Positions 47,754 through 57,593 are shown, counted from the stretch's first letter. The stretch is DNA of 64,000 nucleotides from Chloroflexota bacterium (GCA_965218195.1 OZ244593.1:436873-500872); one strand, 5' to 3'. Made by a program: numbers and translations. Notes: generated from the sequence alone by a model not told the origin.

Positions 47754-48908
47754 CTACGCCGCTTCCGCAAGCTGTTCGAACAGGTCCGGATATACCAGCC
47801 GGAAAATCTCTTCGATCCCTTCGACGAAGCGAGGCCCGGCGATGCTCAGCGCGTCGCTGCCAAGCGAATAGATCGCTCCGTCCTTAACCGCCCGGACATT
47901 TTCGAACGCCGGATCGTCGCTGAAGCTCTCGGGAGAGCCGGAGATGATTACCGCCGGGTCCTTCTCGACAATCACCTCGGGGCTGAGCTGCGCGTAGCCC
48001 TCGATCTCGGCGGCGATGTTTTCCAGCTTGAGCAGATCGAATACTTCCTGCACCAGCGTGCCCGCGCCCGGCGTCCAGAAGCCGCCGACGTCCTGGAAGA
48101 TCGTTGGACCCGCTTCAACTTGCTCCATCGCCGCCCGGATCGCTTCCACGCGGACTTCGAAGTCCCGCGCGACTGCTTCGGCGGCGTCCGGGTTGCCGAT
48201 GATTTGGCCCCAGAGGCGGACGTTGTCGGCAACCTTGGTGAAGTCCTGCGCCAGGGTTTCGACGTAGAGGACCTTCAGCCCCGCCCGCTCCAGGTCCTCG
48301 ACGAATCTGTCGAAGAACACGTAGACGAGATCCGGTTCCAGGGCGACGACGGCCTCGATGTTCATGTTGAACGCGTCGCCGACTCGCTCGATGGATTCCG
48401 TCTCCGGTGGGTACGAGACGAAATCGTGGGTGCCGGCGACCCGATCTCCCTCACCGATCGCGAAGAGGATCTCGACGACCGCCGAGTCGAAGGCGACGAT
48501 CCTTTCCGGCGGGCGCTCGAACACGATCTCGCGGCCGTCGGAAGACTGAACTGTTACAGGGAAGTTCCCGGCCGCCGCGGTCGTTGGTTCGGGCGTGGGC
48601 GTTGCCGTTGGCTCAGGGGTCACGGTCGCAGTCGCTGTCGGTTGGGGAGTCCCGGTCGGCTCGGGCAGCGGCGTTCGCGTAGTAGTTGGGGGCGCCGGAG
48701 TGTTGGTAGGCGTCGGGGCGGGAGTTGGAGTATCGGGGACGGCGGTCGCTGCCGGGGCGGTCGGCGGTGGTTCGGCCGCCTGGGCGATGGTCGTCTTGGA
48801 AGCGACTGGCTCCGGCGCTTCCTGATCGCAAGCCGCGACCGCCGCCAGCAGCAGTCCGGCGACCAGCAATCGCAACAAGGGACGGAACGAGAAAGGCATT
48901 TGCCGCAT
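47754..48908 (-). CDS. periplasmic-binding lipoprotein of the TroA/BtuF class with Pro/Thr linker
   Basis: lipobox 'LLAAVAACD', about 75-aa P/T-rich linker, class III SBP fold. Confidence 0.75.
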   Translation of the reverse strand: MRQMPFSFRPLLRLLVAGLLLAAVAACDQEAPEPVASKTTIAQAAEPPPTAPAATAVPDTPTPAPTPTNTPAPPTTTRTPLPEPTGTPQPTATATVTPEPTATPTPEPTTAAAGNFPVTVQSSDGREIVFERPPERIVAFDSAVVEILFAIGEGDRVAGTHDFVSYPPETESIERVGDAFNMNIEAVVALEPDLVYVFFDRFVEDLERAGLKVLYVETLAQDFTKVADNVRLWGQIIGNPDAAEAVARDFEVRVEAIRAAMEQVEAGPTIFQDVGGFWTPGAGTLVQEVFDLLKLENIAAEIEGYAQLSPEVIVEKDPAVIISGSPESFSDDPAFENVRAVKDGAIYSLGSDALSIAGPRFVEGIEEIFRLVYPDLFEQLAEAA

Positions 48909-49044
48909 AAACTCCTGGGCATGTGTGGCCGAAAACGCACTGCGCCCTCGGTGTGTCAAAGGTCGGAATCAACGCCCGCGTGTGTCCGGGACGAAGATTG
49001 GGATCGTTGGAGTCAGCCCCGCGCGGGGGGCGTGGCTCAGACTG

Positions 49045-49200
49045 GACTAGGCATCGTCAGCGCTCCATTCGTGCGAAGGAAACCACCGACACCGTCCGGG
49101 GCAGGCATTCTGGCTTCCCGGTTTCCCGGGCTACAGTTGCGCGACAGCGCCGGCTTTCGACCGGCTTCCCCTTAGGCCCGCGCGCGGCGGGCCGACCTCG
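49045..49200 (-). ncRNA. probable cobalamin riboswitch
   Basis: minus-strand read shows 'AAGGGGAAGCCGGTCGAAAGCCGG', 'GCGCTGTCGCGCAACTGTAGCC' and B12-box-like 'GCCAGAATGCCTGCC', in order, upstream of the SBP gene; matched to the Rfam RF00174 consensus from memory. Confidence 0.55.
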
Positions 49201-49294
49201 GACGTTAGTCAGGAGGACTGCTATGGTTTACGCGCCAAGGTTAGCAGGCATACCGGACAGCGACAAAGAAACGTACAGGTCCGGCGCTGATCCG

Positions 49295-49454
49295 TCGTTC
49301 CCGCGAAGCACGTCCCCGCGCAAGCGGGAAGCCGGAATGCAGGTCCGGGCGTCTAGCCGCATTGGATGCAGCGCCCCGTCTTTCCCGCACAAGCGGGGAG
49401 CAGGAATCCGGCGGATTGTGCTGGGACCGTCATTCTCCGCGCACAGGGGAATCC
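49295..49454. repeat. cluster of degenerate GTC(A/T)TTCCCGC-N-GCGGGGA-GGAATCC hairpin repeats (3-4 copies)
   Basis: copies beginning 49295, 49378, 49429 (and 49534); related to hairpin at 10256. Confidence 0.5.
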
Positions 49455-49477
49455 ATCAATCGCACGGCCATCATTCG

Positions 49478-49500
49478 TAGGGGCGGTTCGCGAACCGCCC
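49478..49500. repeat. REP-like palindrome, copy 5
   Basis: gtaGGGGCGGTTCGCGAACCGCCC. Confidence 0.8.
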
Positions 49501-49631
49501 ACACCGGGTCCGAGCGCGAATGGACCGGCGTTTGTCATTCTCGTTAAACCCGTCCCCGCGCGCGCCTTCGCCGTAGCGCAAACTTGTGTATCTCTGATCA
49601 GTCAACTGAGTAGGGCCTGGAGGTCGCGGAC

Positions 49632-50465
49632 ATGCCGAAAATGGACCTTGAGACGCGCAGGCGGCGGTGCGTGCGCGTAACGCTCAACGACTTAATCGAA
49701 GGCCTTCGGCGAGTGGGCATTCACGAGGGCGACACGATTTTCTGTCATTCGTCGCTCAGCAAGTTCGGCTACGTCGAGGGCGGCGCGGAAACCGTGGTGG
49801 AGGCGCTTCTACGGGCGGCGGGTCCCGCGGGGACGGTGGCGTCCGCCGCCGGTCAGCCTTCGGCGGACCTGGGGCCGAATCCGGTATTCGACGTTCTAAA
49901 CACCCCTTCCCGGCGCGGGATAATCTCCGAGGCCATTCGCAGGCGCGCCACCGGTCGAAGTCGCCATCTGGTCGATTCGATTTCGGCGCTCGGCCCGGCG
50001 GCGGAGTATTTGACCAGCACCCACTCAGTCACGAACTGCGGTGCCAAAAGCCCCTATCAAAAGCTGATGACGAGCGACGCTCAGATACTCTTGCTCGGGG
50101 TTTCGCACAATTCCAATACGACTTTCGAGGCCATCGAAGAGGAAATGGCGCGCTCATACGTCAAGTTCAGAGAGCTTCCCGGAGTGCGGATCATCGACGA
50201 AGATGGTCAAGAGCGCGCGCTGCCTACCAGGTTGCACGACTTCGAATACCCTTACGACTTCAACCGGATGAACGCCGGTCTGATTCGCGCCGGCGCTCAA
50301 ACCGAGATAGTGATCGGCGAGGCGATTGTGCGCCGGGTCTCAGCGGCGCGAATGCGTCAGGTCGTGAAAGAGGCCATCGAAGCCAACAGCTTTGCGCTCA
50401 GACTGCGGCAGGGCCAGCAACCGCTACCCGAAATCCCCACAAGCATCCACGACCTGCCGGCGTAG
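49632..50465 (+). CDS. AAC(3)-family aminoglycoside N-acetyltransferase-like protein
   Basis: 'LIEGLRRVGIHEGDTIFCHSSLSKFGYVEGGAETVVEALLRAAGPAGTV' matches AAC(3)/Antibiotic_NAT N-terminal motif. Confidence 0.65.
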   Translation: MPKMDLETRRRRCVRVTLNDLIEGLRRVGIHEGDTIFCHSSLSKFGYVEGGAETVVEALLRAAGPAGTVASAAGQPSADLGPNPVFDVLNTPSRRGIISEAIRRRATGRSRHLVDSISALGPAAEYLTSTHSVTNCGAKSPYQKLMTSDAQILLLGVSHNSNTTFEAIEEEMARSYVKFRELPGVRIIDEDGQERALPTRLHDFEYPYDFNRMNAGLIRAGAQTEIVIGEAIVRRVSAARMRQVVKEAIEANSFALRLRQGQQPLPEIPTSIHDLPA

Positions 50466-50813
50466 CGCTTTGCCGTCGGATGCCGCAAATGTCTCGGGCG
50501 GCCCGTGTTTCCGGAACGGCGCGTTACGCCGGCGCCTGAATCAGCAGCCCGCGCTCACGGCGTAACGCCCGTAGGCAGCCAAGTGCGGGCGCTGCCGATC
50601 CTCTGTAAAAAGACAGTTGGACTAGTAGAAAGTAGAAGAGCGGGCCGTAGCCCGCCTTCTCATTTTGTGCCTAAATGGCTTGTCAACGGCTGGATCATCG
50701 CGCCGCCAAGCGACGCTCCCCAAAGCCCCCGATCTCCCATCGGCGAAACTGCCACGTTAGCCGCTTGGCATCGTCAAATACAATATATCAACTAGACCAG
50801 CCTTTCAATCCTT

Positions 50814-51505
50814 GTGAGACACCATGTGGACGCAACCGCTAAAGACGGCTTGAAGTACAGGCTGGGCCTCGATCTCGGAACAAATCCCATAGGCTTGGCC
50901 GCCGTCAAACTCGACGATAGCAGCGAGTCTTGTGGGGTGCTGGATTTGGGTGTCCGCGTGTTCTCGGACGGGCGCAATCCGAAGGACGACTCATCGCTCG
51001 CCGTGCAGCGGCGCACCGAGCTACTAGACACGCTCGTCGCCTGCGGCCTCATGCCGCCGGATGAAGAAGCTCGCCAAGACTTGGCGCGGCTCGATCCGTA
51101 CCAGCTTAGAGAGCGTGCTCTAGACCAGCCACTACCTCCTTTTGAGCTAGGCTGTGCTCTCGTTCATCTAAACCAGCGGCGCGGCTTCAAGTCCAACCGC
51201 AAGGCGGGTGCCAGCGACGATGAAAGCAAAACCCGGGCTGACATGGATGCGCTGGGCGAGTTTCTGGCGCGGCGGCGGGCGAAGAGCCTTTTGGTGCGCG
51301 CCCGGCCGGGTTTGGGGACCTACCCGGACCGGTCCCTGTACGAGGCCGAATTCGATGCCATTCGCCACGCGCAGACGCCTCACCACACGCTGCGCGAGGA
51401 CCAGTGGGAATCGCTCAAGGACATCACCTTGTGCCAGCGTCCACTAAAGCCCGTCGATCCTGGATGGTGCCTGCTTGAGGCGGGAGAGCGGCGGCCTGGA
51501 CGGCT
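50814..51505 (+). pseudogene. type II-C Cas9 N-terminal remnant (RuvC-I plus part of REC lobe; bridge helix missing)
   Basis: 'YRLGLDLGTNPIGLAAV', 'VLDLGVRVF', 'SLAVQRR', 'ALVHLNQRRGFKSNRK', 'ITLCQRPL' align colinearly with NmeCas9-like residues 10-330 (NmeCas9 sequence recalled from memory); ORF then changes frame. Confidence 0.55.
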
Positions 51506-52555
51506 ATGGGAGAGGCGTTTCGCTGGGTGGAGCCTCACCAGCGGTCGTGGGTCGAGTCGAAACCCGTATGGCATATCGCCGTGTTGGTAAACATCCCGCA
51601 CGACCAGTTGACGCCGCAGAAACCGGGCGAGGCCACACCCCAACGGGTACTGGCCGCGTACGACCAGATGCTGCTCGAGCGTCACAAGCAGTTCGACTTG
51701 GTAGATGAAACGTGCCTGCTCGAGTCGCTAGACGACTTCAAAATACTGGTGCTGCCGGAGGACGTGGTCCTCAGCGACGCGGTTGAGGAGCGCATACAGG
51801 AATGGGTCAGCGCGGGCGGCCGCCTTCTCGGAGTGGGTTTGGGATTCTCGAACGGGCGCGGCGGGCATGGTTGGGAGGACGTTTTCGGTCTGGAGTTTAC
51901 CGACATCGCCCCGTACTCGGTCTTCTACTACAGATTGGGCAAGCGCATCGCGGGAGACTGCGGCGATAGGCCGCTAGTGATCTCGCAGCCGGTGGCCAAG
52001 GCGCGTGCGACTACCGCCGAGCCACTCGCGGACGCCTGGTTTCCGCTTCTGGAAAGATTGTCCGACCGGTTTTTCAGTCACGTGAACGCGCCGCCGTATC
52101 AGAAGAGTCCGTACTCGGGAATCAGCCGCAACGGCTTCGGCGAGGGACAGGCTATTTTTGTTGCGACCGACATGGGGCGGGAGTTTCTCGTCAAGGACCA
52201 CGTGTGGGTAAGGGACATTCTTGCGAATACCCTCGACCTCCTCGACGACGTTTCACCCTGGACCGTAGACGCTAGTCCCTCACTAGAAGGCAGCCTCATG
52301 CGGGCCGGCGGCGACCTTCTCCTGCACCTGACTTTCTATCACGCCGAGCGCTCGCTCATGGGCGGTGGCCATCCGCCCACCGAGTGGGCGCCGCCGGTAC
52401 GCGGCATCGGCGTGACGGTTAAGGCCCCCACAGCGGAGTCGGTGACCTGGGAACCCGATGGAGACGAGCTACCCTTCGAGCGGCAGGGCGATTACATCCA
52501 CGTCGAGTTACCCGAACTGAAAATCCACGGCATCGTGCGCGTGCAAAACGGCTGA
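51506..52555 (+). pseudogene. GH42 beta-galactosidase C-terminal fragment (trimerisation and C-terminal domains only)
   Basis: 'HIAVLVNIPH', 'FKILVLPEDVVLSDAVEERIQEWVSAGGRLLG' typical of GH42 domain B; catalytic TIM barrel absent. Confidence 0.55.
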
Positions 52556-52608
52556 CGAAACCAGCGTAAATACGCCATAGAGAATCGAGGCGGCCCCGTG
52601 ATTTCGCT

Positions 52609-53913
52609 TTGTGCGGCGCCCGCCGGGGGTCGATCTTGCGGTCCCCAGGGCGTCGCAAAGCTTGCGCCTTGATAGCCCAATACCTGACCACGGTCCGGCG
52701 CTTCAATCAACCGACAGTCCGTTTCGTGCTGGTCTGCATGTTGCATTCCTTTGGGTTCCACGGCATTTACATGCTGCTGGTAAATCTCTATTTGCTGCGC
52801 TTGGGCTACGGCCCAGCCGTGATCGGACTCTTCAACGGCGTGGCCAACGTGGCGGCGGCGGCAGCCGCCCTGCCGGCGGCTTCACTCGCCGGGCGCTGGC
52901 GTCTAAAGGCGCCGATGGTTTCCGGGCTTTCCTGCTCAGCCGTACTGATCGCCATCCTTCCCATCGGGGAGCTAATGGCGGGGACGGCGCGAACCGGCTG
53001 GCTGATTAGCGTCGGCGCGCTGGTGTCCCTCGCCGTGTCGGTCTGGTTTGTCTACGGCAATCCCTTCATGATGACTCTCGTCGGCGAGCGCGAGCGCAGT
53101 CAGGCGTTCTCCGTCCGCTGGGCGCTGCTCGCCCTGGGCGGGTTCGCGGGAAATCTGGTCGGAGGATGGCTCCCGCCCGCTTACGCCGCCGTGACTGGTT
53201 CGTCCCTGAACGCCCCCGAGCCGTTTCGGTACGCTTTGTGGACCTCCGCCGCACTGGTGGCGATCGTCGCGATATGGATGACGCGCGTCTCCGAACAACG
53301 CGGTCCAGAGGTCGCCGGGCAAGGCCTGAAAGGGATCAGCGGCACGGGCGCGGCCGGCCTGGTTGCCCTGTTTCTATTCACCAGCCTGCTCCTGCAAGTC
53401 ACGTTCACCGCGACGAAAATATTCTTCAACGTGTATATGGAGAGGGACTTGGGCGCGGATACCGTTCTTATCGGCTCTCTAATCGGCGCCGGCTGGCTCA
53501 TGGCCGCACCGGCGTCCCTCGCGATGCCCGTTATTGCCGCCAGGTTCGGACACGGCCGCACTGCTGGCGTTGCGGCGATGATCGGCTCCCTCATGTTGCT
53601 GCCGGTCGCGCTGGTCCCACGCGTGGCCGCGGCCGGAGCCGGGTTTTTGAGCATGAGCCTGACGATAGGCATCTTCTGGCCGTCGTATCAGGTCTTCTCG
53701 ATGAGCGTCGTCCGACCGGATCAGAGACCGCTGGTATACGGATCGATCGTCGGCGCCGGGGGTCTCGCCGGGACGCTTCTGGGCGCCGGCGGCGGGTACC
53801 TCATCGCGTCGGCTGGGTTTCGCGAGTTCTTCTTGTTCAGCTCCGCCCTAACCGTGCTGGGCGTGGGAGTATTCTGGTTGACCTTGCTCAGACGAGCTCA
53901 ACGCGGCGAATAA
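52609..53913 (+). CDS. MFS transporter
   Basis: 12 predicted TM helices in 6+6 arrangement; start position uncertain (52609-52738). Confidence 0.7.
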   Translation: MCGARRGSILRSPGRRKACALIAQYLTTVRRFNQPTVRFVLVCMLHSFGFHGIYMLLVNLYLLRLGYGPAVIGLFNGVANVAAAAAALPAASLAGRWRLKAPMVSGLSCSAVLIAILPIGELMAGTARTGWLISVGALVSLAVSVWFVYGNPFMMTLVGERERSQAFSVRWALLALGGFAGNLVGGWLPPAYAAVTGSSLNAPEPFRYALWTSAALVAIVAIWMTRVSEQRGPEVAGQGLKGISGTGAAGLVALFLFTSLLLQVTFTATKIFFNVYMERDLGADTVLIGSLIGAGWLMAAPASLAMPVIAARFGHGRTAGVAAMIGSLMLLPVALVPRVAAAGAGFLSMSLTIGIFWPSYQVFSMSVVRPDQRPLVYGSIVGAGGLAGTLLGAGGGYLIASAGFREFFLFSSALTVLGVGVFWLTLLRRAQRGE

Positions 53914-54054
53914 CGCCGCGCCGCTAGGCCGTCGCAATGCAGAGGGCCAGTCGTCAGGCGCGGACGGGCGACCGCCGGGCGTCTCACATGAGAGGTCAAA
54001 CTCCGGTTCAGGCTGCTATTTCGCGTGTTTCGCAGGTTTGAGCGGCCATTTGGG

Positions 54055-54127
54055 CGCGCCCGGAGGGATTCGAACCCCCGACCCCTGGTTCCGAAGACCA
54101 ATGCTCTATCCGCTGAGCTACGGGCGC
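54055..54127 (-). tRNA. tRNA-Arg (anticodon TCG)
   Basis: minus strand: acceptor GCGCCCG/CGGGCGC, D-arm, anticodon stem TTGGT/ACCAG loop CTTCGGA, T-loop TTCGAAT. Confidence 0.8.
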
Positions 54128-54244
54128 GAAGCCTCTTCAAGGCTCGATATTGCAAGAGGGGATTCAATCGTAGCACCGGCGCGGTGCGGCGCTGATATAA
54201 TGATCGACTGACTTCGTCGTTGGTTTCGTGATTGGAATCTAGGC

Positions 54245-54550
54245 TTGCCCTCGCAGAAGAAGGTCCAGAAGGCGCGTGCGCGCGCCAAGAAAGTTCGCCG
54301 CGAATCCGCGCGCCGAATCCGCAATCGCACCGCTCGCAGCGAAGCCAGGACGCTCGTTTCGAAAGCGCAAGCCGCCATCGGCGATGAGGATATGGACGCC
54401 GCCATCGGCGCCGTGGGTCGAGCCGTCAAGGCGCTCGACGTCGTCGCTGGCAAGGGCATCATTCACAAGAGAAACGCGGGCAGGCGCAAGTCGCGCTTGA
54501 TGGCGCGGCTGAACGACGAACTGGCTGAAAAACCGGCTACAAAAGCCTAG
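54245..54550 (+). CDS. rpsT: 30S ribosomal protein S20
   Basis: TTG start; basic helical 101 aa 'KKVQKARARAKKVRRESARRIRNRTA...GKGIIHKRNAGRRKSRL'. Confidence 0.85.
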   Translation: MPSQKKVQKARARAKKVRRESARRIRNRTARSEARTLVSKAQAAIGDEDMDAAIGAVGRAVKALDVVAGKGIIHKRNAGRRKSRLMARLNDELAEKPATKA

Positions 54551-54576
54551 GCGGGCGGTTCCCTAAAGAAGACTCT

Positions 54577-55599
54577 TTAGGCTCCTCGCCTTACTGCTCG
54601 CTCGGCGAACCGGCGGTAGCAAAATCGCACGGTAAGCGCCTCCAGACCAGCCGCCAGACCTCCGTATGGGAGGCGTCCGGCCTTGTAGTCGAAATCCAGA
54701 TCGACGATCGCCGAAAGCATTTTTCGCAGTTCATTTGACTCAAACCTCGACGCCTGCCCCGAAAGCTTGCGCGCCTGCCAGGCGGGAACGCGCAGGGCCG
54801 ACGCGGCCTCGCCCGGCGGCGTACGGCGGGCCGTCAAAGCCTTGATCAAGATGAGCCTGGGTATGGTCCGTCCCAGGATCGCGAGCACGAGCTCCGGCGG
54901 CTCTCCATTGCCGAGCGCCGCGGTCAGTATGCCGAGGGCCATTCCCGTACGCCGCTCTATCACAGCGTCCAGGTATTCCCAGATAGCCCGCTCGGCGGGG
55001 TGCGGGTCGGCCTCCCTGACGTCGTCCTCGGTTATCCGGCCGGTGAAGTTCTTGAGCACGGCGATCTTTTTGATCTCTTGTTCAAGCGACCCGTCATCCA
55101 GCGTCGATCTCTCTATGAGGTAGTTCGCCGTTCCGCGGTCGATGTGCAAGCCCTCCTCCTCGACGACCTCTCGAATCCATTGCAACGCGGACGTGTCACG
55201 GCCGGTTCGCCGGAGTTCCCTGAGAATCTGGACATCGGCGTGCTCCGATTTGATTTTCATCGCGCGGTTTTCGAAGGTTCGTCGGGCCGACCGCGTTAGC
55301 TCGTCCAAATAAAACACGACTACCAGAAGCAACTCGTCCGGCGGGAACTCGATGGCGGCCGTAAGCCATTTCCAGAATTTCGTAGCGTCTTTGCCGGCGC
55401 CGGGGGCGTTGAGCAATACGACCTTGCGCAGAGCCGCGAAGAATGGCGGAGTCTGTACCGATACGGCGATTTCCTGGAGGCTGGTTTCGGAGGCGTCTAT
55501 CCAAACCGCGTCCAGATCGTCTGCCGCCGGACGCCTTGCGAGGTTTTCCACGACCTTCGAAACACGAGGGCCGCGATCGCCCAGCACCAGATGAATCAC
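54577..55599 (-). CDS. holA: DNA polymerase III delta subunit
   Basis: 340 aa; divergent from rpsT (conserved synteny); delta N- and C-terminal domain pattern. Confidence 0.75.
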   Translation of the reverse strand: MIHLVLGDRGPRVSKVVENLARRPAADDLDAVWIDASETSLQEIAVSVQTPPFFAALRKVVLLNAPGAGKDATKFWKWLTAAIEFPPDELLLVVVFYLDELTRSARRTFENRAMKIKSEHADVQILRELRRTGRDTSALQWIREVVEEEGLHIDRGTANYLIERSTLDDGSLEQEIKKIAVLKNFTGRITEDDVREADPHPAERAIWEYLDAVIERRTGMALGILTAALGNGEPPELVLAILGRTIPRLILIKALTARRTPPGEAASALRVPAWQARKLSGQASRFESNELRKMLSAIVDLDFDYKAGRLPYGGLAAGLEALTVRFCYRRFAERAVRRGA

Positions 55600-55819
55600 A
55601 AGCTATGTCCGAATAAGTCGCTCAGGAGTTGATTCCAAGTCTTCTGATTCTAGCCGCCGGAGAAGTATCGACACGGCGCGAAAATCAGATTAAATGGGCA
55701 TTGACGACATTCCCATTCGTGCGTAATATTTAGAGAGTTTGTGATGAACTGCACAAACTAGCATCTGTCAAACCAGACACCACAACTTTGGTGCCCAGCA
55801 AGGTTACGAGGGAGTAACT

Positions 55820-56257
55820 ATGCGCTGCAAGGAATGCGATACGAACATTGAGAGTCAGCGAAACGGCAAGTCCAAGCGGGCCGGGCTATGCGCCACGTGC
55901 GGACGCAAAGCCAGACTGTCGGAATACTTTCGGAAATACTACATTGCCAATCGGGATACGGTTCTCGCCAAGAATCGCCAGTGGGCGGTCGATAATCGCG
56001 AGCGTATCTTAGAGCTTCGCCGTCGCCGCGCATCTCTAAGACCAAGGGTTGTCAGGGAACCCAAGGCGTGCATCGACTGTGGCGAACTGGTCATTCGGGC
56101 GGAACGTTGCCGCAAGTGCTACGTCCGGTATCGCTACGCCACAAACCTCGACTACCGCGCGCGCCGTCTGGCGAGCACGCGCCGGTGGATGCAGAATAAA
56201 CGCGCCAAGCAGATCGCGGAGCGCCTGGCCGAAACCGGCGACATGGCGGCCTCGTAG
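55820..56257 (+). CDS. hypothetical Cys-rich (multiple CxxC) basic protein
   Basis: 145 aa; four CxxC pairs; lower local GC. Confidence 0.45.
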   Translation: MRCKECDTNIESQRNGKSKRAGLCATCGRKARLSEYFRKYYIANRDTVLAKNRQWAVDNRERILELRRRRASLRPRVVREPKACIDCGELVIRAERCRKCYVRYRYATNLDYRARRLASTRRWMQNKRAKQIAERLAETGDMAAS

Positions 56258-56385
56258 GCGGAGCAACGGCGGCGGAGTCTACAGCGTCTGGAGCGTGGCG
56301 TCGGCAAGTTGGTTCTTGATCGGCGGCGGTCATTCGGTGAAACTTGAGTGCGACTTTGTGCAATTGATAGCACTACGGTGAGGTT

Positions 56386-56607
56386 GTGGTTGTGGAAGAA
56401 TTAACTTCTGGTTTTCCCCAATGTAGAAGCTGCGGCGACGGAGATCTAGTGCCACTTTCGGATTTCGGAAGTCAGGGCGCGGCCGTTCATTTCAAGGCCT
56501 GGATTTGCACCAATCCCGATTGCCATTTCAACCTTAAGATTCGTAATGGCGAGGTCTACTCGAACGAACCTGTCGTAGACGTAAACCACGCTCCGAGGCC
56601 TCGTTAG
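56386..56607 (+). CDS. possible small zinc-ribbon protein
   Basis: 'CRSCG...CTNPDC'. Confidence 0.3.
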   Translation: MVVEELTSGFPQCRSCGDGDLVPLSDFGSQGAAVHFKAWICTNPDCHFNLKIRNGEVYSNEPVVDVNHAPRPR

Positions 56608-56678
56608 AGTTCACTCGATCTTGCGGGCGGGCAGCGCTAGTCGCGTCGCCTGACTAGGGTCTAACCTAATAGGTAGAT

Positions 56679-57587
56679 ATGATCGGCGCCAAGCTACGTC
56701 AACCTCCTGCATGTCCCTCCCATCCGCATCGGATTGCGGAGGAGCGGTGCGACCGATGCTACGTCCATTTTTGCTATGAATGCGTTGAAGATGTCGACGA
56801 AAGGCTGCTCTGCGCCCGTTGCAGCGACGAGGTAGCCGCGCTCGCCCGGATTCGCGAAGAGTCCCGGCTGACGCCCCGCAACGTTCTCAGGAGAATCGCA
56901 CGCAAAAGCGTATTGATAGGCGTACTGGTGGTGGCCTTGATTTTGCTCGGAGTCGGGGCGCTGGTGACGGTCTTCTGGCGGTCCGCCGGTTCCGAAGTCG
57001 ACTTCACGCTGATCAGGAGGATTCGGGCCGGCTTTACCCAAACGTTCGAGCTGGCCGGCGAGGGGTTCGATTTCGCCGAACAGCTAAACGAAGGGCGGCT
57101 CCGCGCGAGCTCGCAGAGTCCGGACCCGCTGCATAACGCGGAGCGAATCAACGACGGCCTGCCCGACCCGCAGGTACCGGCATGGCATTCGGCGAGCGCC
57201 GACCTGCCGGTAGACCTGCTGTTCATCAGCGATAAGCCACGGCTGATGGGAAAAATCGTTCTTTGGAACCATCCGGCTGAAGACCCGTCCACCTACATCA
57301 AGGAGTTCGAGGTGTTTGTGTCGCCGGTCGACCCGGCCAAAGACAATTCTCAGCTCGAATCGGTCGGAGTGTTCGTGGCCGAGCAAATTACCGACGTGCA
57401 GCGGTTTGAGTTTGATCCGCCCGTGCCGACGCTATTTACATTGATTCGGGTGAACTCTCATTACGGCAGCCTGGACTATCTGTCGGCTGCGGAAATAGGG
57501 TTGTTTTTGCCCAATAACCCCGTGGACGGGCCGGTCCTTCCGCAGCCGTTTCCGGTCAATCGGGCGCTGCGCGGTCAGGTCGGTTAA
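56679..57587 (+). CDS. membrane-anchored protein with N-terminal zinc-finger and C-terminal discoidin/F5-8 type C-like domain
   Basis: B-box-like Cys/His cluster, single TM (residues about 75-98), C-terminal beta-sandwich pattern. Confidence 0.5.
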   Translation: MIGAKLRQPPACPSHPHRIAEERCDRCYVHFCYECVEDVDERLLCARCSDEVAALARIREESRLTPRNVLRRIARKSVLIGVLVVALILLGVGALVTVFWRSAGSEVDFTLIRRIRAGFTQTFELAGEGFDFAEQLNEGRLRASSQSPDPLHNAERINDGLPDPQVPAWHSASADLPVDLLFISDKPRLMGKIVLWNHPAEDPSTYIKEFEVFVSPVDPAKDNSQLESVGVFVAEQITDVQRFEFDPPVPTLFTLIRVNSHYGSLDYLSAAEIGLFLPNNPVDGPVLPQPFPVNRALRGQVG

Positions 57588-57593
57588 GAATTC

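Noticed and set aside
47736-49175. 479-aa ORF on the plus strand
   Set aside because: Antisense to the BtuF-like SBP. Its Gly/Arg-rich repeats mirror the P/T linker codons.
49295-49563. Possible CRISPR array next to the Cas9 remnant
   Set aside because: Repeat copies are degenerate, hairpin-type, and irregularly spaced (83, 51 and 105 nt), with no uniform spacers. They fit a MITE/REP-type family better than CRISPR.
50515-50570. Intrinsic terminator after the AAC(3)-like gene
   Set aside because: The inverted repeat GCGTTACGCCG/CGGCGTAACGC has a loop of about 25 nt and no U-tract, so it is not a canonical rho-independent terminator. I kept it only as a note in the AAC(3) finding.
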